From NCBI RefSeq assembly GCF_963921235.1, contig NC_086107.1:113214001-113278000 (forward strand): a stretch of 64,000 nt of DNA, read 5' to 3'. The DNA is from Mobula hypostoma. Lineage: Eukaryota. Positions 25,219 to 38,130 of the stretch are shown here, piece by piece (the stretch's first letter is position 1; every line of letters starts with the position of its first letter). The translations under genes and the position numbers were made by a program. Below the pieces are notes generated by a model, which worked only from the letters and a program-made list of their open reading frames with translations, searched no databases and had not been told where the DNA came from.

Positions 25219-26459
25219 GGTTTCTAATCACGGGACAATTTACAATGACCAATGAGTCTGCCTTTGGAGCACCCACACACTCCACAGAGACTCCTTACGG
25301 AGGACACCAGGATCGAACTCCAGAATGCCCCAAGCATTGCGCCAGCCACTACACCATGTTAACTTGTGGACTGGTCCTGTCTTTATCTATAACAAGTATA
25401 ATGAGTTTAAACTGATGGAACAATGGCCCTTGGTGCTAATGTGTCTCCCCACCCCACCTCCCACGGCCACTGCTCGACAGAATATCCAACATGCCCCCTC
25501 TCCAGCCAGCAGGAAGGAACGGCGAGTGAGGAGCCTGTGGGTGGTGCTCTTCCCCTGCTCCCTCTGCCCCCTCCTTGGGAGAGCTGGTGAGCTCGAGAGT
25601 GACTGTGGTTTATCGTCGAGATAGTGGACACTGCAGCCACGGTGTACTGGTGGTGGGGGGTGTTTTGGGGAGGGGCAGGAGCGGATCGATTTCCCACCTG
25701 AGCTCAGGGTGTCCAGACTGACAATGGTGTGACCGAGTCTACAGACGCAGAGGTTGGGGGTTTCATGTCTGGCCGATTCCTGTGGCTTCAGAGGACTGGG
25801 ATGTCCATCGAGAGCTCGCGAAGACGCCTCATGAACTGATTCCACACCTGGAGCTAGGTTCCCAACCTTTCCTTATGCCATTAACCGAGATCCAGGTTGG
25901 GAACCCCTGAAGTCTCACTTTTAAGAACTCTACCACTCGCTTTCTCAATATTAGATTAGATTATGAGGACACTCAGTCCTCTTTTATTGTCATTTAATAA
26001 TGCATGCATTAAGAAATGATACAATGTTCCTCCAGAATGATATCACAGAAACACAAGACAAACCAAGACTAAGAAAACTGACAAAAACCACATAATTATA
26101 ACATATAGTTACAACAGTGCAAAGCAATACCGTAATTTGATGAAGAACAGACCATGGGCACGGTAAATAAAGTCTCAAAGTCTCTCGAAAGTCCCATCAT
26201 CTCACACAGCATATTTATGGCTTATTTATTAATTACTATATTTTCTTTTCTTTTTGTATTTACAGAGTTTATTGCTTTTTGCACAATGGTTGTCTGTTCT
26301 GTTGGCTGTGCTCTTTCATCGATTCTATTGTGTTTCTTGGATTTACTGTGAATGCCCGAAAGACAATGAATATCAGGGGTGTAAATGGTGACGCATATGT
26401 ACTTTGATAATATAGTTACTCTGAACTTCGTTGCTTCTTTTGTATATATTTTATATTTC

Positions 26460-28720
26460 GACTAGCATTACGGCTGTAGAAAGGGAGGACGCTGTAGAGG
26501 GGTTGAATACTGAATGGCATTGGGTTTATGTCAGAAACAGGAAGGGAGCAGTCGTTCTATTGGGAGTATTCTTTCGACCTCCCCCCCACCCGCCCCCCCC
26601 CAGTAATGACAGGGACACTAAGGAACAGAAAGGGGCAAAAATAACAGGGTTGTTGTCATGGGGGACTTCAACTTTCCTCAGCCTGATTGGCAGTGCCTTG
26701 GTGCTAAAGGTTTAAATGGGGGCGGAATTTGTTAGGTGTGTCCAGAAAGGATTCCTGTCTCATACATGGACAGGCTGACTGGAGCGGAGGCCATACAGGA
26801 TCTGGCACTAGTTAATCAACCAGGTCAGCTGTCAGGTCCCTCAGTGGGTGAGCAGATCAGGGACCACAGCTCCCTGATCTTCATCATAGCCTTGGAGATA
26901 TCATGGGGAGGTATTTAATTGGGGGATGGGGTATTGATAGTGCTATTAGGCAGGAACTGTGCAGCATAAAATGGGACGGATATACTCAGGGAAATGCACA
27001 ACCATCGAGGAGGATGTTTAGCCAGCATTTGCTAGGAATTCTGGATAGGTTTGTCCCAACGAGGCAGGGAAAGGATGATAGGGTGAAGGAGGCATGCTTG
27101 ACAAGAGATGTGGAACATCTCGTCAAGAGGAAGAAAGAAGCTTTCTTGGGGTTTAGGAAGCAAGGATCAGATGGGGCTGGAGAAAGTTATAGGGTAGCCG
27201 GGAAGAGGCTGAAGAATGGACTTAGGAGATCCAGAAGGGGGCATGGAAAGGCCTGGGTGAATGGGATTAAGGGAAACCCCAAGGTGTTCTATGTGTGCGA
27301 AGAACAGGAGGATGACTGGAGTGAGGGTCGGCCGGAACAGGGAAAAGGGGAAATATATATCTGGAGTCGGAGAGAGTAGGGAAGGTCCTTAATGAACATG
27401 TTGCTTCAGTATTCACCAGTAAGCGGGACCTTGAAGTTTGTCAGGGCCACGTAAAACAGGGCGATATGCTGGAACAAGACATTATTAAAGAGGATGTGCT
27501 GGAACTTTCCAAATGAAAAATATTATGAACATAATGAAAAACATGAGCTTAGATAAGTCCTTGGGGCCAGATGGGATGTAACCTAGGTTACTACGGGAGG
27601 CAAGGGAAGAGATTGCGGCACCTTTGTGATGAACTCTGCATCCTCACGGGCCACAGGCCCAGTACAAGACACTTGGAGGGTGGCAAATGTTATTCCTTTG
27701 TTCAGGAAAGGGAGTAGGGATAATCCTGGGAATTATAGACCAGTGAGTCTTACTTCAGCCATAGAGCACAGAAACAGTCCCTTTGGCCCATTTAGTCCAT
27801 GCTGAACTACTATTCTGCCGAGCACCATTGACTAGGACTTGGACCATAGCCCCTCATACCCCTTCCCTATGTAGTTACCCAAACTTTGAAATGTTGAAAT
27901 CATGCCCACATCCACCACTTCCACTGGCAGCTTGTTCCACACTCTCAGCACCCTCAGGCTCCCCTTAAATATTTCACCTTTCACCCTTAACATATGACCT
28001 ATAGTTCTAGTTTTACCCAACCTGAATGGAAGCCTTCTTGCATTTACCTTATCCATACCCCTCATAATTCTGTATACCTCAATCAAATCTCCCCTCATTC
28101 TCCTACGCTCCAAGGAATAAAGTCCTAACCTACTCAACCTTTTCCTATCGCTCAGGTCTTCAAATCCCAGCAACAACCTTGCAAATTTTCCTCCACGCTC
28201 TTTCAATTTTATTGATATCCTTCCTGTAGGTAGGTGACCATAACTGCACACAATACTCCAGTCTTGACCTCACCAACATCTTATACAACTTCAGCATAAC
28301 ATCCTAACTCCTGGTACTTAAAACTTTTGAGTTTTGAAGGCCAATGTGTCAAAAGCTTCCTTTATGACTCTATCTACCAGTGACGCTACTTTCATGGAAT
28401 TATGGATCTGTAGTCCCAGATCCCTTTGTTCTACCACTCTCCTCAGCGTCCTACTGTTCACTGCGTATGTCCGACCCTAGTTTTTCTACCCGAAGTGCAA
28501 CACCTCACACTTGTCTGCATTAAATTCCATCTGCCAATTTTCCATTTGGTCCAGATCCTACTGCAAACTTTGAAAGTTCCTTGCTGTCCAATCTTGGTGT
28601 CATCCACAATTTGTGGATCCCAGTTCACTCTATTATCATCCAGATCATTGATACAGATGAAGAACAACAATGGACCCATAACCAATCCCTGTGGCACACC
28701 GCTAGTGACAGGACTTGCCT
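26460..28720. mobile_element. Decayed CR1 ORF2 fragments (plus strand to ~27760, minus strand beyond)
   Basis: GDFNF-like and NYRPVSLTS-encoding sequence on plus; VTSGVPQG and RRMRGDLIEVY on minus. Confidence 0.75.
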
Positions 28721-28771
28721 CACTGTGCAGTTTGTCGGCCTCTTCTCCACTGAGCAGAATATGGTGAAAAA

Positions 28772-28838
28772 CCACTAGGTGGCAGAGCTGTCCAGGAATC
28801 AGGAGGGCATGCAATTGTGGAGCAGCGCCACCAGGTGG
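28772..28838. promoter_or_regulatory. Pair of CTCF-like motifs
   Basis: CCACTAGGTGGCAG (+, 28772-28785) and CCACCTGGTGGCGC (-, 28825-28838). Confidence 0.45.
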
Positions 28839-29210
28839 GAGTGTTGTCCACATATGACTATTCAGCCCATTGAGTCTGCTTTGATATTCTGTCATGGCTG
28901 ATTTAATTTCCCCGCTCAACCCATCCTCTTTTCCGCCCTTAACATTTGAGCTTCTGATGAATCAAGATCTTACCATCCTTTGACTTAACTATACCCAATG
29001 ACTTAATCTCCATAACCGCCTGTGGCAATGAATTCCACAGATACACCACCTTCTGGCTAAAGAAATTCCTCCTCATCTGTTCGAAAGGGGGAACTTCTTT
29101 ACTCAGAGAGTGGTGGCTGCGTGGAACGAGCTTCCAGCAGAAGTGATTGCGGCAGGTTCGATGTTGTCATTTAAAGTTAAATTGGACAGATATATGGACA
29201 GGAAAGGAAT

Positions 29211-30092
29211 AGTCATAGTCAATACTTTATTGATCCCGGGGCAAATTGATTTTCGTTACAGTTGCACCATAAATAATAAATAGTAATAAAACCATAAATA
29301 GTTAAATAGTAATATGTAAATTATGCCAGGGAAGAAGTCCAGGACCAGCCTATTGGCTCAGGGTGTCTGACCCTCCAAGGGAGGAGTTGTAAAGTTTGAT
29401 GGCCACAGGCAGGAATGACTTCCTATGACGCTCTGTGCTGCATCTCGGTGGAATGAGTCTCTGGCTGAATGTACTCCTGTGCCCACCCAGTACATTATGT
29501 AGTGGATGGGAGACATTGTCCAAGATGGCATGCAACTTGGACAGCATCCTCTTTTCAGACACCACCGTCAGAGAGCCCAGTTCCATCCCCACAACATCAC
29601 TGGCCTTACGAATGAGTTTGTTGATTCTGTTGGTGTCTGCTACCCTCAGCCTGCTGTCCCAGCACACAACAATAAACATGATAGCACTGGCCACCACAGA
29701 CTCGTAGAATATCCTCAGCATCATCCGGCAGATGTTAAAGGACCTCAGTCTCCTCAGGAAATAGAGATGGCTCTGACCCTTCTTGTAGACAGCCTCAGTG
29801 TTCTTTGACCAGTCCAGTTTATTGTCAATTCGTATCCCCAGGTATTTGTAATCCTCCACCATGTCCACACTGACCCCCTGGATGGAAACAGGGGTCACCG
29901 GTACCTTAGCTCTCCTCAGGTCTACCACCAGCTCCTTAGTCTTTTTCACATTAAGCTGCAGATAATTCTGCTCACACCATGTGACAAAGTTTCCTACCGC
30001 AGCCCTGTACTCAGCCTCATCTCCCTTGCTGATGCATCCAACTATGGCAGAGTCATCCGAAAACTTCTGAAGATGACAAGACTCTGTGCAGT
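29211..30092 (-). mobile_element. Rex1/Babar-type LINE 3' fragment with intact RT C-term, nested in CR1
   Basis: KFSDDSAIVG, LQLNVKKTKELVVD, LYFLRRLRSF; TSD AGGAAT at 29205-29210 and 30093-30098. Confidence 0.9.
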
Positions 30093-30429
30093 AGGAATGG
30101 AGGGTTATGGGCTGAGTGCAGGTTGGTGGGTCTAGGTGAGAGTAAGAGTTCGGCACGGACTAGCAGGGCCGAGATGGCCTGTTTCCGTGCTGTAATTGTT
30201 ATATGGTTATATGGAGAGGGACGTCCTTCTATTCTGAAGCTGTGCCCTTTGGTCGTAGACTCCTTTGCTATAGGAAACGTTCAGTGGTCCCAACACTAAC
30301 CCTTGCAGAATATCACTAGTTACTAACAGTCAACAAGAAAGGACCAGTTTTATTTCCAGGTTGCTGTATCTGGTAGGGCACTGAAAATCTGTGCCAATCA
30401 ACTGGGAGGAGTGTTCAAGGACATCTTTC

Positions 30430-32180
30430 AGAATCAGAATCAGGTTTATTATCATCGGCATGTGACGTGAAATTTGTTAACTTAGCAGCAGCAGTTCAAT
30501 GCAATACATAATCTAGCAGAGAGAAAAGATAATAAATAAAATAAAAATAATAACAAACAAGTAAATCAATTACGTATATTGAACAGATTAAAAAAATATG
30601 CAAAAACAGAAATACTGTATATTAAAAAAGTGAGGTAATGTCCAAAGATTCAACGTCCATTTAGGAATCGGATGTCAGAGGGGAAGAAGCTGTTCCTGAA
30701 TCACTGAGTGTGTGCCTTCGGGCTTCTGTATCTCCTACCTGATGGTAACAGTGAGAAAAGTGCATGCCCTGGGTGATGAAGGTCCTTGATAATGGACGCT
30801 GCCTTTTTGAGACACCACTCCCTGAAGGTGTCCTGGCTAGTACCCAGGATGGAGCGGACTAGATTTACAACCTCCTGCAGCTTCTTTCGGTCCTGTGCAG
30901 TAGCCCCTCCATTCCAGCCCCTTCAATCTCGCACTGCTGCAGGCATAAGTTCCCACCTGCTTCAAAAGGGCAACAATCATATCAGTGCCCAAGAAGAACA
31001 CTGATACACTGACATGGACTGTGATGAAGTCCTTTGAGAGATTGGTCATACCTAGAATTAACTCCTGCCTAAGCAAGGAATGGGAACTGCTGCAAATTGC
31101 TGTCACACCAAGCCTACCACAGATGTAATCTCACTGGCCTTGGGTCACCTGGACAACAGCAATACCTGTGTCAGGCTGCTGTTTATTGATCACAGCTCAG
31201 TGTTCAACACCATCATACCCTCAGTTCTAATCAACAAGCTCCAAAACCTGCCTGTTACCTCCCTCTTCAACTGGATCCTTGAATTCCTCATCGGGGCAAC
31301 ACAGTCAATAACATCTCCTCCTCACTGACAATCAACACTAGTGCACCTCAAAGATGCATGCTTAGCCCACTGCTCTACTCTCTCTACACCCACAACTGTG
31401 CGGCGAGGCACAGCTCAAATGTCATCTCTAGATTCACCAATGACACAGCTATTGTTGGCAGAATTTCAGATGGTGACGAGAGGGCGTACAGGAGCCAGAC
31501 AGATCAGCTGCTTGAGTGGTTTTGCAGCAACTCATCGTCAGTAAGACCAAGAAATTGATGATGGACTTCAGGAAGGGGAAGTTGAGAAAACACACATGAG
31601 TCCTCATAGAAGGATCAGCAGTGGAAAGCGGGGGAGCAGTTTCAAGTTCTTGTGTGTCAATATCTCTTAAGATCTGTGTGGGGCCCAACATACTGATGCA
31701 ATTATGAAGAAGGAACATCAGTGGCCATATTTCATTAGGCTTTTGAGGAGACTTGGCATGTCACCAAAGCCTGTGGCAAACGTCTACGGATGTACCGTGG
31801 AGAGGACTCTGATTTGGTACATCGCCCCCCGGTGGGGAGGATCATGGCAGGCTGCAGAGGGCTGTGGACACAGTCTACTCCACATGGTCACAACCCTCCC
31901 CACCACTCTCACCTTCCAGAGGCAGCTGCGGTGTCCATCAGTAAACACCCTCAACACCACCCACCTCCGCTTCTCATTGCTACCACCAGGAGGGCGCACA
32001 GGAGTCTGAAGATTAGTGACTAGGGAACATGCTTCTTCCCCTCTGCCATCAGACAACCGATCCATAAACACTTCCTCGCTATTCCTTTAGTATATACTGT
32101 AATTTATTTATTTTGTAATTTAACATCTTGCAAAGCCACAAATTTCACCGCACAAGATGCTGATGATAAACCTGATTTTA
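30430..32180. mobile_element. Decayed Rex1/Babar-type LINE fragments (nested, both strands)
   Basis: VRLLFID, LSPLLYSLYTH, FTNDTAIVG motifs. Confidence 0.75.
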
Positions 32181-33199
32181 TTGCACTCTTTGCCTCCAGC
32201 CAATCAGCAATCTTCTATCCATTCTAGTATCTTTCCAGTAATACCGTGGGCTCTTACCCTGTTTAGCAGCCTCATGTGTGCCACCTTGTCAAGGACCTTC
32301 TGAAAATCCAACCCACTGACTCCTTTGTCAAGGAGATGGGAAGGTTGAGCAGATGTGGTTTGGCTGTTACTCCCCTCAAAGAATTCCAAGAGATTTGTCA
32401 GGCATCACGTTTCCCTGAAGGAAACCGTGCTGATAGTGCCTATTTTATTATGCGCCTCCAAGGACCCCAAAACCACATCCTTAATAGCCAACTACAACAT
32501 CTTCCCAACCACTGAGGTCAGGCTAACTGACTTATAATTTCCTAACTTTTGCCTCCCTCCCTCCGAGAGAGTGGAGTGACATTCACAAATTTTTAGTCCT
32601 CCGGAACCGTACCAAATCCTAGATTCACAAAAGATCAAAGTTTGTTAAGTAAATTTTATTATCAAAGTATGTGTATGTCACCATATACCACCCTGAGATT
32701 CATTTTCCTGTGGGAACAAATACGCATTAGAACAAAGAAATACAATAGAATCAATCAAAAACTACACACAAACACTGACAAACAACCAAAGTGTACCATA
32801 TATTGTAACGTTTCATTACTAATGTCTCCACAATCTCTTCAGTCCCCTCTTTCAGAACCCTGGGGTGTAGTTCATCTGGTCCAGGTGACTTATCTACCTT
32901 CAGATCTTTCAGCTTCCCAAGCACCTTCTTCTTAAAAATAGCAACAGCACTCACTTCTGCCCCGACACTTGAATTTCTGGTATAAATGGGAGAGACACAG
33001 AGATGGGAGGGAGGAGGCATGGAGAAAGTAGGAGTGTGGGGGACAGAGATGGCTGTGGTGATTTGATGGGATTGGTCAGGGACAGACTGGGGCCTGGACA
33101 CTGAGTGGTTTGGCACAGGGAGTGACAAAGGGATTTTACTCAACTGACCCCTGGTCTCTCTCTGGCCCAGTCCTCCCACAACACTCAGACACCAAATGT

Positions 33200-33700
33200 G
33201 AGACCCTCGATCTAAAACCCACTGGGGGACCCTCCACCCAACTCCCACTGGGGGACCCCTGACCTAAAACCCACTGGGAGACCCTCCACCCAACTCCCAC
33301 TGGGGGACCCCTGACCTAAAACTCTCTGGGAGACCCTCCACCCAACTCCCACTGTGAGACCCTCCACCCAACTCCCACTGTGAGACCCCTGACCTAAAAC
33401 CCACTGGGAGACCCTCCACCCAAAACCCACTGTGAGACCCTCCACCCAACTCCCACTGTGAGACCCCTGACCTAAAACCCACTGGGAGACCCTCCACCCA
33501 ACTCCCACTGGGAGACCCTCCACCCAAAACCCACTGGGGGACCCTCCACCCAAAACCCACTGGGGGACCCCTGACCTAAAACCCACTGGGAGACCCCTGA
33601 CCTAAAACCCACTGGGAGACCCTCCACCCAACTCCCACTGGGAGACCCTCCACCTAAAACCCAATGGGAGACCCTTGACCCAACTCCCACTGGAGGACCC
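33200..33700. repeat. 26-bp minisatellite
   Basis: CCACTGGGAGACCCTCCACCCAACTC / CCACTGGGGGACCCCTGACCTAAAAC units. Confidence 0.92.
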
Positions 33701-33886
33701 TTCCTCAAAGATGTTGCTAGAGCTACAGGAGACCACAGAAACGAAATTTCTCTTCAATGCCCCCTTTCCCCGCTCTCAGTCCTTCCTGTCTGGACAACAC
33801 CCATCAACGGTTCCTGACACCCCACCCACAGCCTCCACTCGAACAGCCGAGTTCCTCCAGCAGGTCGTCTCTTTGCTTCCTGAGGC

Positions 33887-33916
33887 TCAGATACTGAGGA
33901 GATCTGCCCAGTGACC
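33887..33916 (-). CDS. SLX1: SLX1 terminal coding exon
   Basis: ctcttccag|GGT CAC TGG GCA GAT CTC CTC AGT ATC TGA = GHWADLLSI*, matching the conserved SLX1 C-terminal HWxDLL. Confidence 0.92.
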   Translation of the reverse strand, partial: GHWADLLSI

Positions 33917-33989
33917 CTGGAAGAGAGAGGGGTCATGAGTCAGTGAGCAGAAGAGTAAACTACAGGTGACATGGCAGAGTGGACAGTCA

Positions 33990-34457
33990 GCTCCTCTTCC
34001 CGCCATTACAGACATTTACACCACACGCTGCATCCGTAAAGCAGACAGCATTATGAAGGACCCCACACACCCCTCATACAAACTCTTCTCCCTCCTGCCA
34101 TCTGGCAAAAGGCACCGAAGCATTCGGGCTCTCACGACCAGACCGTGCAACAGTTCCTTCCCCCAAGCCATCAGACTCCTCAATACCCAGAGCCTGGACT
34201 GACACCAACCTACTGCCCTCTACTGTGCATATTGTCTTGTTTATTATTTATTGTACTGCCTGCACTGTTTTGTGCACTTTATGCAACCTGGGTAGGTCTG
34301 TAGTCTAGTGTAGTTTTTGTGTTGTTTTATGTAGTTCGGTGTAGTGTTTTGTATTGTTTCATGTAGCACCATGGTCCTGAAAAACGTTGTCTCATTTTTA
34401 CTGTGTACTGTACCAGCAGTTATGGTCGAAATGACAATAAAAAGTGACTTGACTTGA
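33990..34457 (+). mobile_element. Rex1/Babar-type 3' fragment in the last SLX1 intron
   Basis: SIMKDPTHPSYKLFSLLPSGKR; AATAAA followed by a (GACTT)n tail. Confidence 0.8.
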
Positions 34458-34865
34458 CACCCCTCCCCACCGTCCAGAGTGGAGTCAGTCAGCCCCACAT
34501 CCGTCCCTACCATCAGGGACATTTTCAATGGCATCCATCAGTAAGGAGCCTCACCATCCAGGACATGCTCTCCTCTCCTCTCCTCTCGCTACTACCATCA
34601 GGAGGGAGTTACAGGAGCCTGAAGATCTACTAGTGGGAGAGGAGGAAAGGAGGGGGGTGAGTACTGATATGTCCGAGGAAGGGGGTGGTGCTGACAACAC
34701 AGGGTGATCGAGCTCTCTGCCTCAAATCCTCTTACAGTGCCAAGGGGGAGGGAGGAAATGATCAGAGGGAGAGCGGGAGACTCACACCCCGAGGAGGGGG
34801 GATCAGAGCTATAGGCAGCTCCCCTCCACCTCCTTCCCCCCCCCGTCCCCTCCTCTCGTACTCAC

Positions 34866-34962
34866 CTGCTGAGGGGGCTCCGAGAGGCAGACAGTCCCTC
34901 TGTCTTTGCGCGATTCGCTCATGTGTCGCATCAGGTTCCCCCAAAGAAATGACCGACCACAG
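34866..34962 (-). CDS. SLX1: SLX1 coding exon 5
   Basis: cag|C TGT...CAG|gtgag; (G)CGRSFLWGNLMRHMSESRKDRGTVCLSEPPQQ (SLX1 C...LLWGDL motif); phase 2 to 0. Confidence 0.93.
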
Positions 34963-35062
34963 CTGGGATCAAAGGGCAGAGGTTAGAGGGGCAGACAAGT
35001 GAGCAGGGTGGGGGGAGGCGGACAGACGCCTGGTGGGGTGGGACGGCGAGGTGGATGCCTAC

Positions 35063-35190
35063 CCTGGACACACCCCCTCGAGGGGCAGCAGCTGCTCAGG
35101 GTCTCCCTGCAGGAATCTCTGAGCCAGGCAGATGATGTGGGATCGTGCTGTGCACCAGGGGTGGACACACGAGACCAGCACCCCGTCCTC
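35063..35190 (-). CDS. SLX1: SLX1 coding exon 4 (RING-variant zinc finger)
   Basis: cag|GAG...CCA GG|gtagg; EDGVLVSCVHPWCTARSHIICLAQRFLQGDPEQLLPLEGVCP, matching SLX1 C..P.C..RAH.ICLA..FL...P.QLLPLEG.CP. Confidence 0.96.
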
Positions 35191-35324
35191 CTGTTGGTGG
35201 TGGGAGGGAAAGAAACTGGAATCAGTTGGATTCAGGGACCAGCTGCCCAGCCCACCAAGCAACTCCCCAACAGCACAGTCCCAGAGACGCCCCGTCTGCA
35301 CCCATGCAGTGATGTCCCAACAGC

Positions 35325-35580
35325 AACACCATCCCACTCAGCACCCAAACACCAACACAGCACCCTAACACCAACACCATCCTACACAGCACCCCAACAC
35401 CAACCCACACAGCACCCCAACACCAACACCATCCCACACAGCACCCCAACACCAACACCATCCCACACAGCACCCCAACACCAATACAACACCACTCAGC
35501 ACCCCAACACCAACACCATCCCACACAGCACCCCAACACCAATACAACACCACTCAGCACCCAACACCAACACTACAACA
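35325..35580. repeat. ~29-bp C/A-rich tandem repeat in SLX1 intron
   Basis: ACCATCCCACACAGCACCCCAACACCAAC repeats. Confidence 0.85.
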
Positions 35581-35714
35581 GGCAAACACTCACAGCACGA
35601 TTCAGCAAGACCCACGTAAGAATACACACCCCTCCCAACGACAACCCATCGATGGCTTCCCCATGTAACACCACCCACACTGACAAACACACCCAACGAT
35701 CGGGGGTCACTCAC

Positions 35715-36047
35715 CGTTAGCGGTTTGCCACACACGCTGCACTCTCCTCCGGTCCCCGTCCACATCTCCATCCCCGTCTCCGTCTCGCTCCCCTCTTCAG
35801 CTGGCCCACCCCCCACCTCTCCGAAGGCCAGGGCCACGTGGGGCGGGGGCGCGCTGCCGGGGGGCCACTCCTGCCGATGCTGCTGGTGGATCCAGCGGAG
35901 GGTGAGGGGGAAGCGCCCCCAGCGCGGGCAGCGCAGTAGCTCCCACAGCAGCCGGAGGTGGAAGGGGTAACTGCCCTCCGCCCGGCTGCGGCCCCTCACC
36001 CCCGCCAGCTGCCGGCATCTGGATGGGTGCTGCCAGGACCACTCGAA
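35715..36047 (-). CDS. SLX1: SLX1 coding exon 3
   Basis: cag|TTC...ACG|gtgag, 333 nt; FEWSWQHP...FHLRLL...PRWGRFPLTLRW...PPPHVALAFG...CSVC. Contains the catalytic Glu (FEW) and the first Cys pair of the C-terminal RING-like domain. Confidence 0.96.
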
Positions 36048-36450
36048 CTGGGGGGAGGGGAGAGAGGTCACACATCAGGGGTCAGCATTGCTGGTGGGGT
36101 CAGAGGTCAGGGGTCGGCAAGGTCGGGTTGGGTGGCATTTGAGGTGAAAGGTTGAGGGAAGAGGAAAGGGTTGGATCCTTGGGGAGGGGAGGATCAGCAA
36201 GGGAGGGAGAATCAGCCCCATGGTCACATGCCTCTACCCTCCCTCTCTTATTGACTCACATCTTCCCTGTGACCCCCCGACACTCTCCCTCCCTCCAGTT
36301 CTCTCTCTCCTTCCTCACTCCCCCAACACCCTTGTCACATTCTCTCTCCCCCTTTTCCCATCTGTATTTTCTCCCTTCCTTCTCTACCCCTCATTGCCTC
36401 GCTCTCCGCCCTCCCTCCCTTCCTCCCACACTCCTACTCCCCCCCCTCAC

Positions 36451-36502
36451 CTTCAGTGCAGCCACTGCCGAGGGAAATCCGTGGACAATCAACACCATAT
36501 CC
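36451..36502 (-). CDS. SLX1: SLX1 coding exon 2
   Basis: cag|G GAT ATG...AAG|gtgag; (W)DMVLIVHGFPSAVAALK, matching SLX1 EMVLVVHGFPSSVAALR; 52 nt, phase 2 to 0. Confidence 0.96.
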
Positions 36503-37109
36503 CTGAGGGAGAGGAAATGAGTCAGAGCCAGCAGGAGATCATTCGGCCCCTCTCCACCCTTCCCTCCCCCAACCAGACACGGGCTGATTCCCACTCCTCA
36601 GCACCAGCAGATCCAGGGACCCCTGGGACAAACTCAGTGATGGTCCGGGGGGAGAAACCCAAGGACTCATTACTTCCTCGAGGTGAAGCCCTACCCATCC
36701 CCCAATCTTCGGACCTGCCTTCTTCTCAGACCGAGGCCCCTGGGCGGGGGCGGAGGCTCCTCAGCCAGGGGAGGTGGGCAGTCTCCCTCTATTCTCCACT
36801 CCCCACCAGCTGCCCGTCATCCTCCCCCCCCCATGAGAATCTTCCGTCCCTTTTCAAAGAGGCGCCTTTTGTTCTTCTGGACCCCAAGGAGCACAGCGCT
36901 GTCTGATCAGCCCTGCCCTCTCTCCCCACCACCCGTTCAAATGAGCCTCCCTCATCCCCTCCACTGCCACAGGAAAAAAACCCTGTACCGCACCCCCCCC
37001 AACACCCCTTGTCAGAGTTATCCTGCGCGGGGAGAGCAAAATGCATAATGCTCCACGGGCCATCACTCCCCAGGGCTCCTGACAGACGGAACAAGATCAG
37101 ATTACTCCC

Positions 37110-38130
37110 AAAATAACACCCCCTCCGGCAATAACCCCCCCAATAAACCACACCTCCGGAAATAAACTCCCCTCAATAAATCCCTCCCATAATAACACCC
37201 CCTCCCGCAATAACCCCCCCAGTAAACCACACCTCCGGAAATAAACTCCCCTCAATAAATCCCTCCCATAATAACCCCCCACCCACAATAACCCCCGCCA
37301 ATAAACCACACCTCCAGAAATAAACTCCCCTCAATAAATCCCTCCCACAATAACACCCCCTCCCGCAATAACCCCCCCAATAAACCACACCTCCGGAAAT
37401 AAACTCCCCTCAATAAATCCCTCCCATAATAACCCCCCACCCACAATAACCCCCGCCAATAAACCACACCTCCAGAAATAAACTCCCCTCAATAAATCCC
37501 TCCCACAATAACACCCCCTCCCGCAATAACCCCCCCAATAAACCACACCTCCGGAAATAAACTCCCCTCAATAAATCCCTCCCATAATAACCCCCCACCC
37601 ACAATAACCCCCGCCAATAAACCACACCTCCAGAAATAAACTCCCCTCAATAAATCCCTCCCACAATAACACCCCCTCCCGCAATAACCCCCCCAATAAA
37701 CCACACCTCCGGAAATAAACTCCCCTCAATAAATCCCTCCCATAATAACACCCCCTCCGGCAATAACCTCCCCAATAAACCACACCTCCGGAAATAAACT
37801 CCCCTCAATAAATCCCTCCCATAATAACACCCCCTCCCGCAATAACCCCCCCAATAAACCACACCTCCGGAAATAAACTCCCCTCAATAAATCCCTCCCA
37901 CAATAACACCCCCTCCCGCAATAACCCCCCCAATAAACCACACCTCCAGAAATAAACTCCCCTCAATAAATCCCTCCCATAATAACCACCCACCCACAAT
38001 AACCCCCCGCCAATAAACCACACCTCCGGAAATAAACTCCCCTCAATAAATCCCTCCCATAATAACCACCCACCCACAATAACCCCCCGCCAATAAACTA
38101 CACCTCCAGAAATAAACCCTCAATAAACCA
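37110..38130. repeat. 79-bp minisatellite, about 13 copies, decaying to ~38320
   Basis: ORF track repeats at 79-nt steps; two variants alternate. Confidence 0.95.

Noticed and set aside
36220..36906. 228-aa plus-strand ORF
   Set aside because: Low-complexity antisense frame over SLX1 exon 2 and its introns.
37097..38077. Series of 71-aa repeated ORFs / CRISPR-like periodicity
   Set aside because: Plain 79-bp tandem repeat without unique spacers; eukaryotic context, no cas genes.
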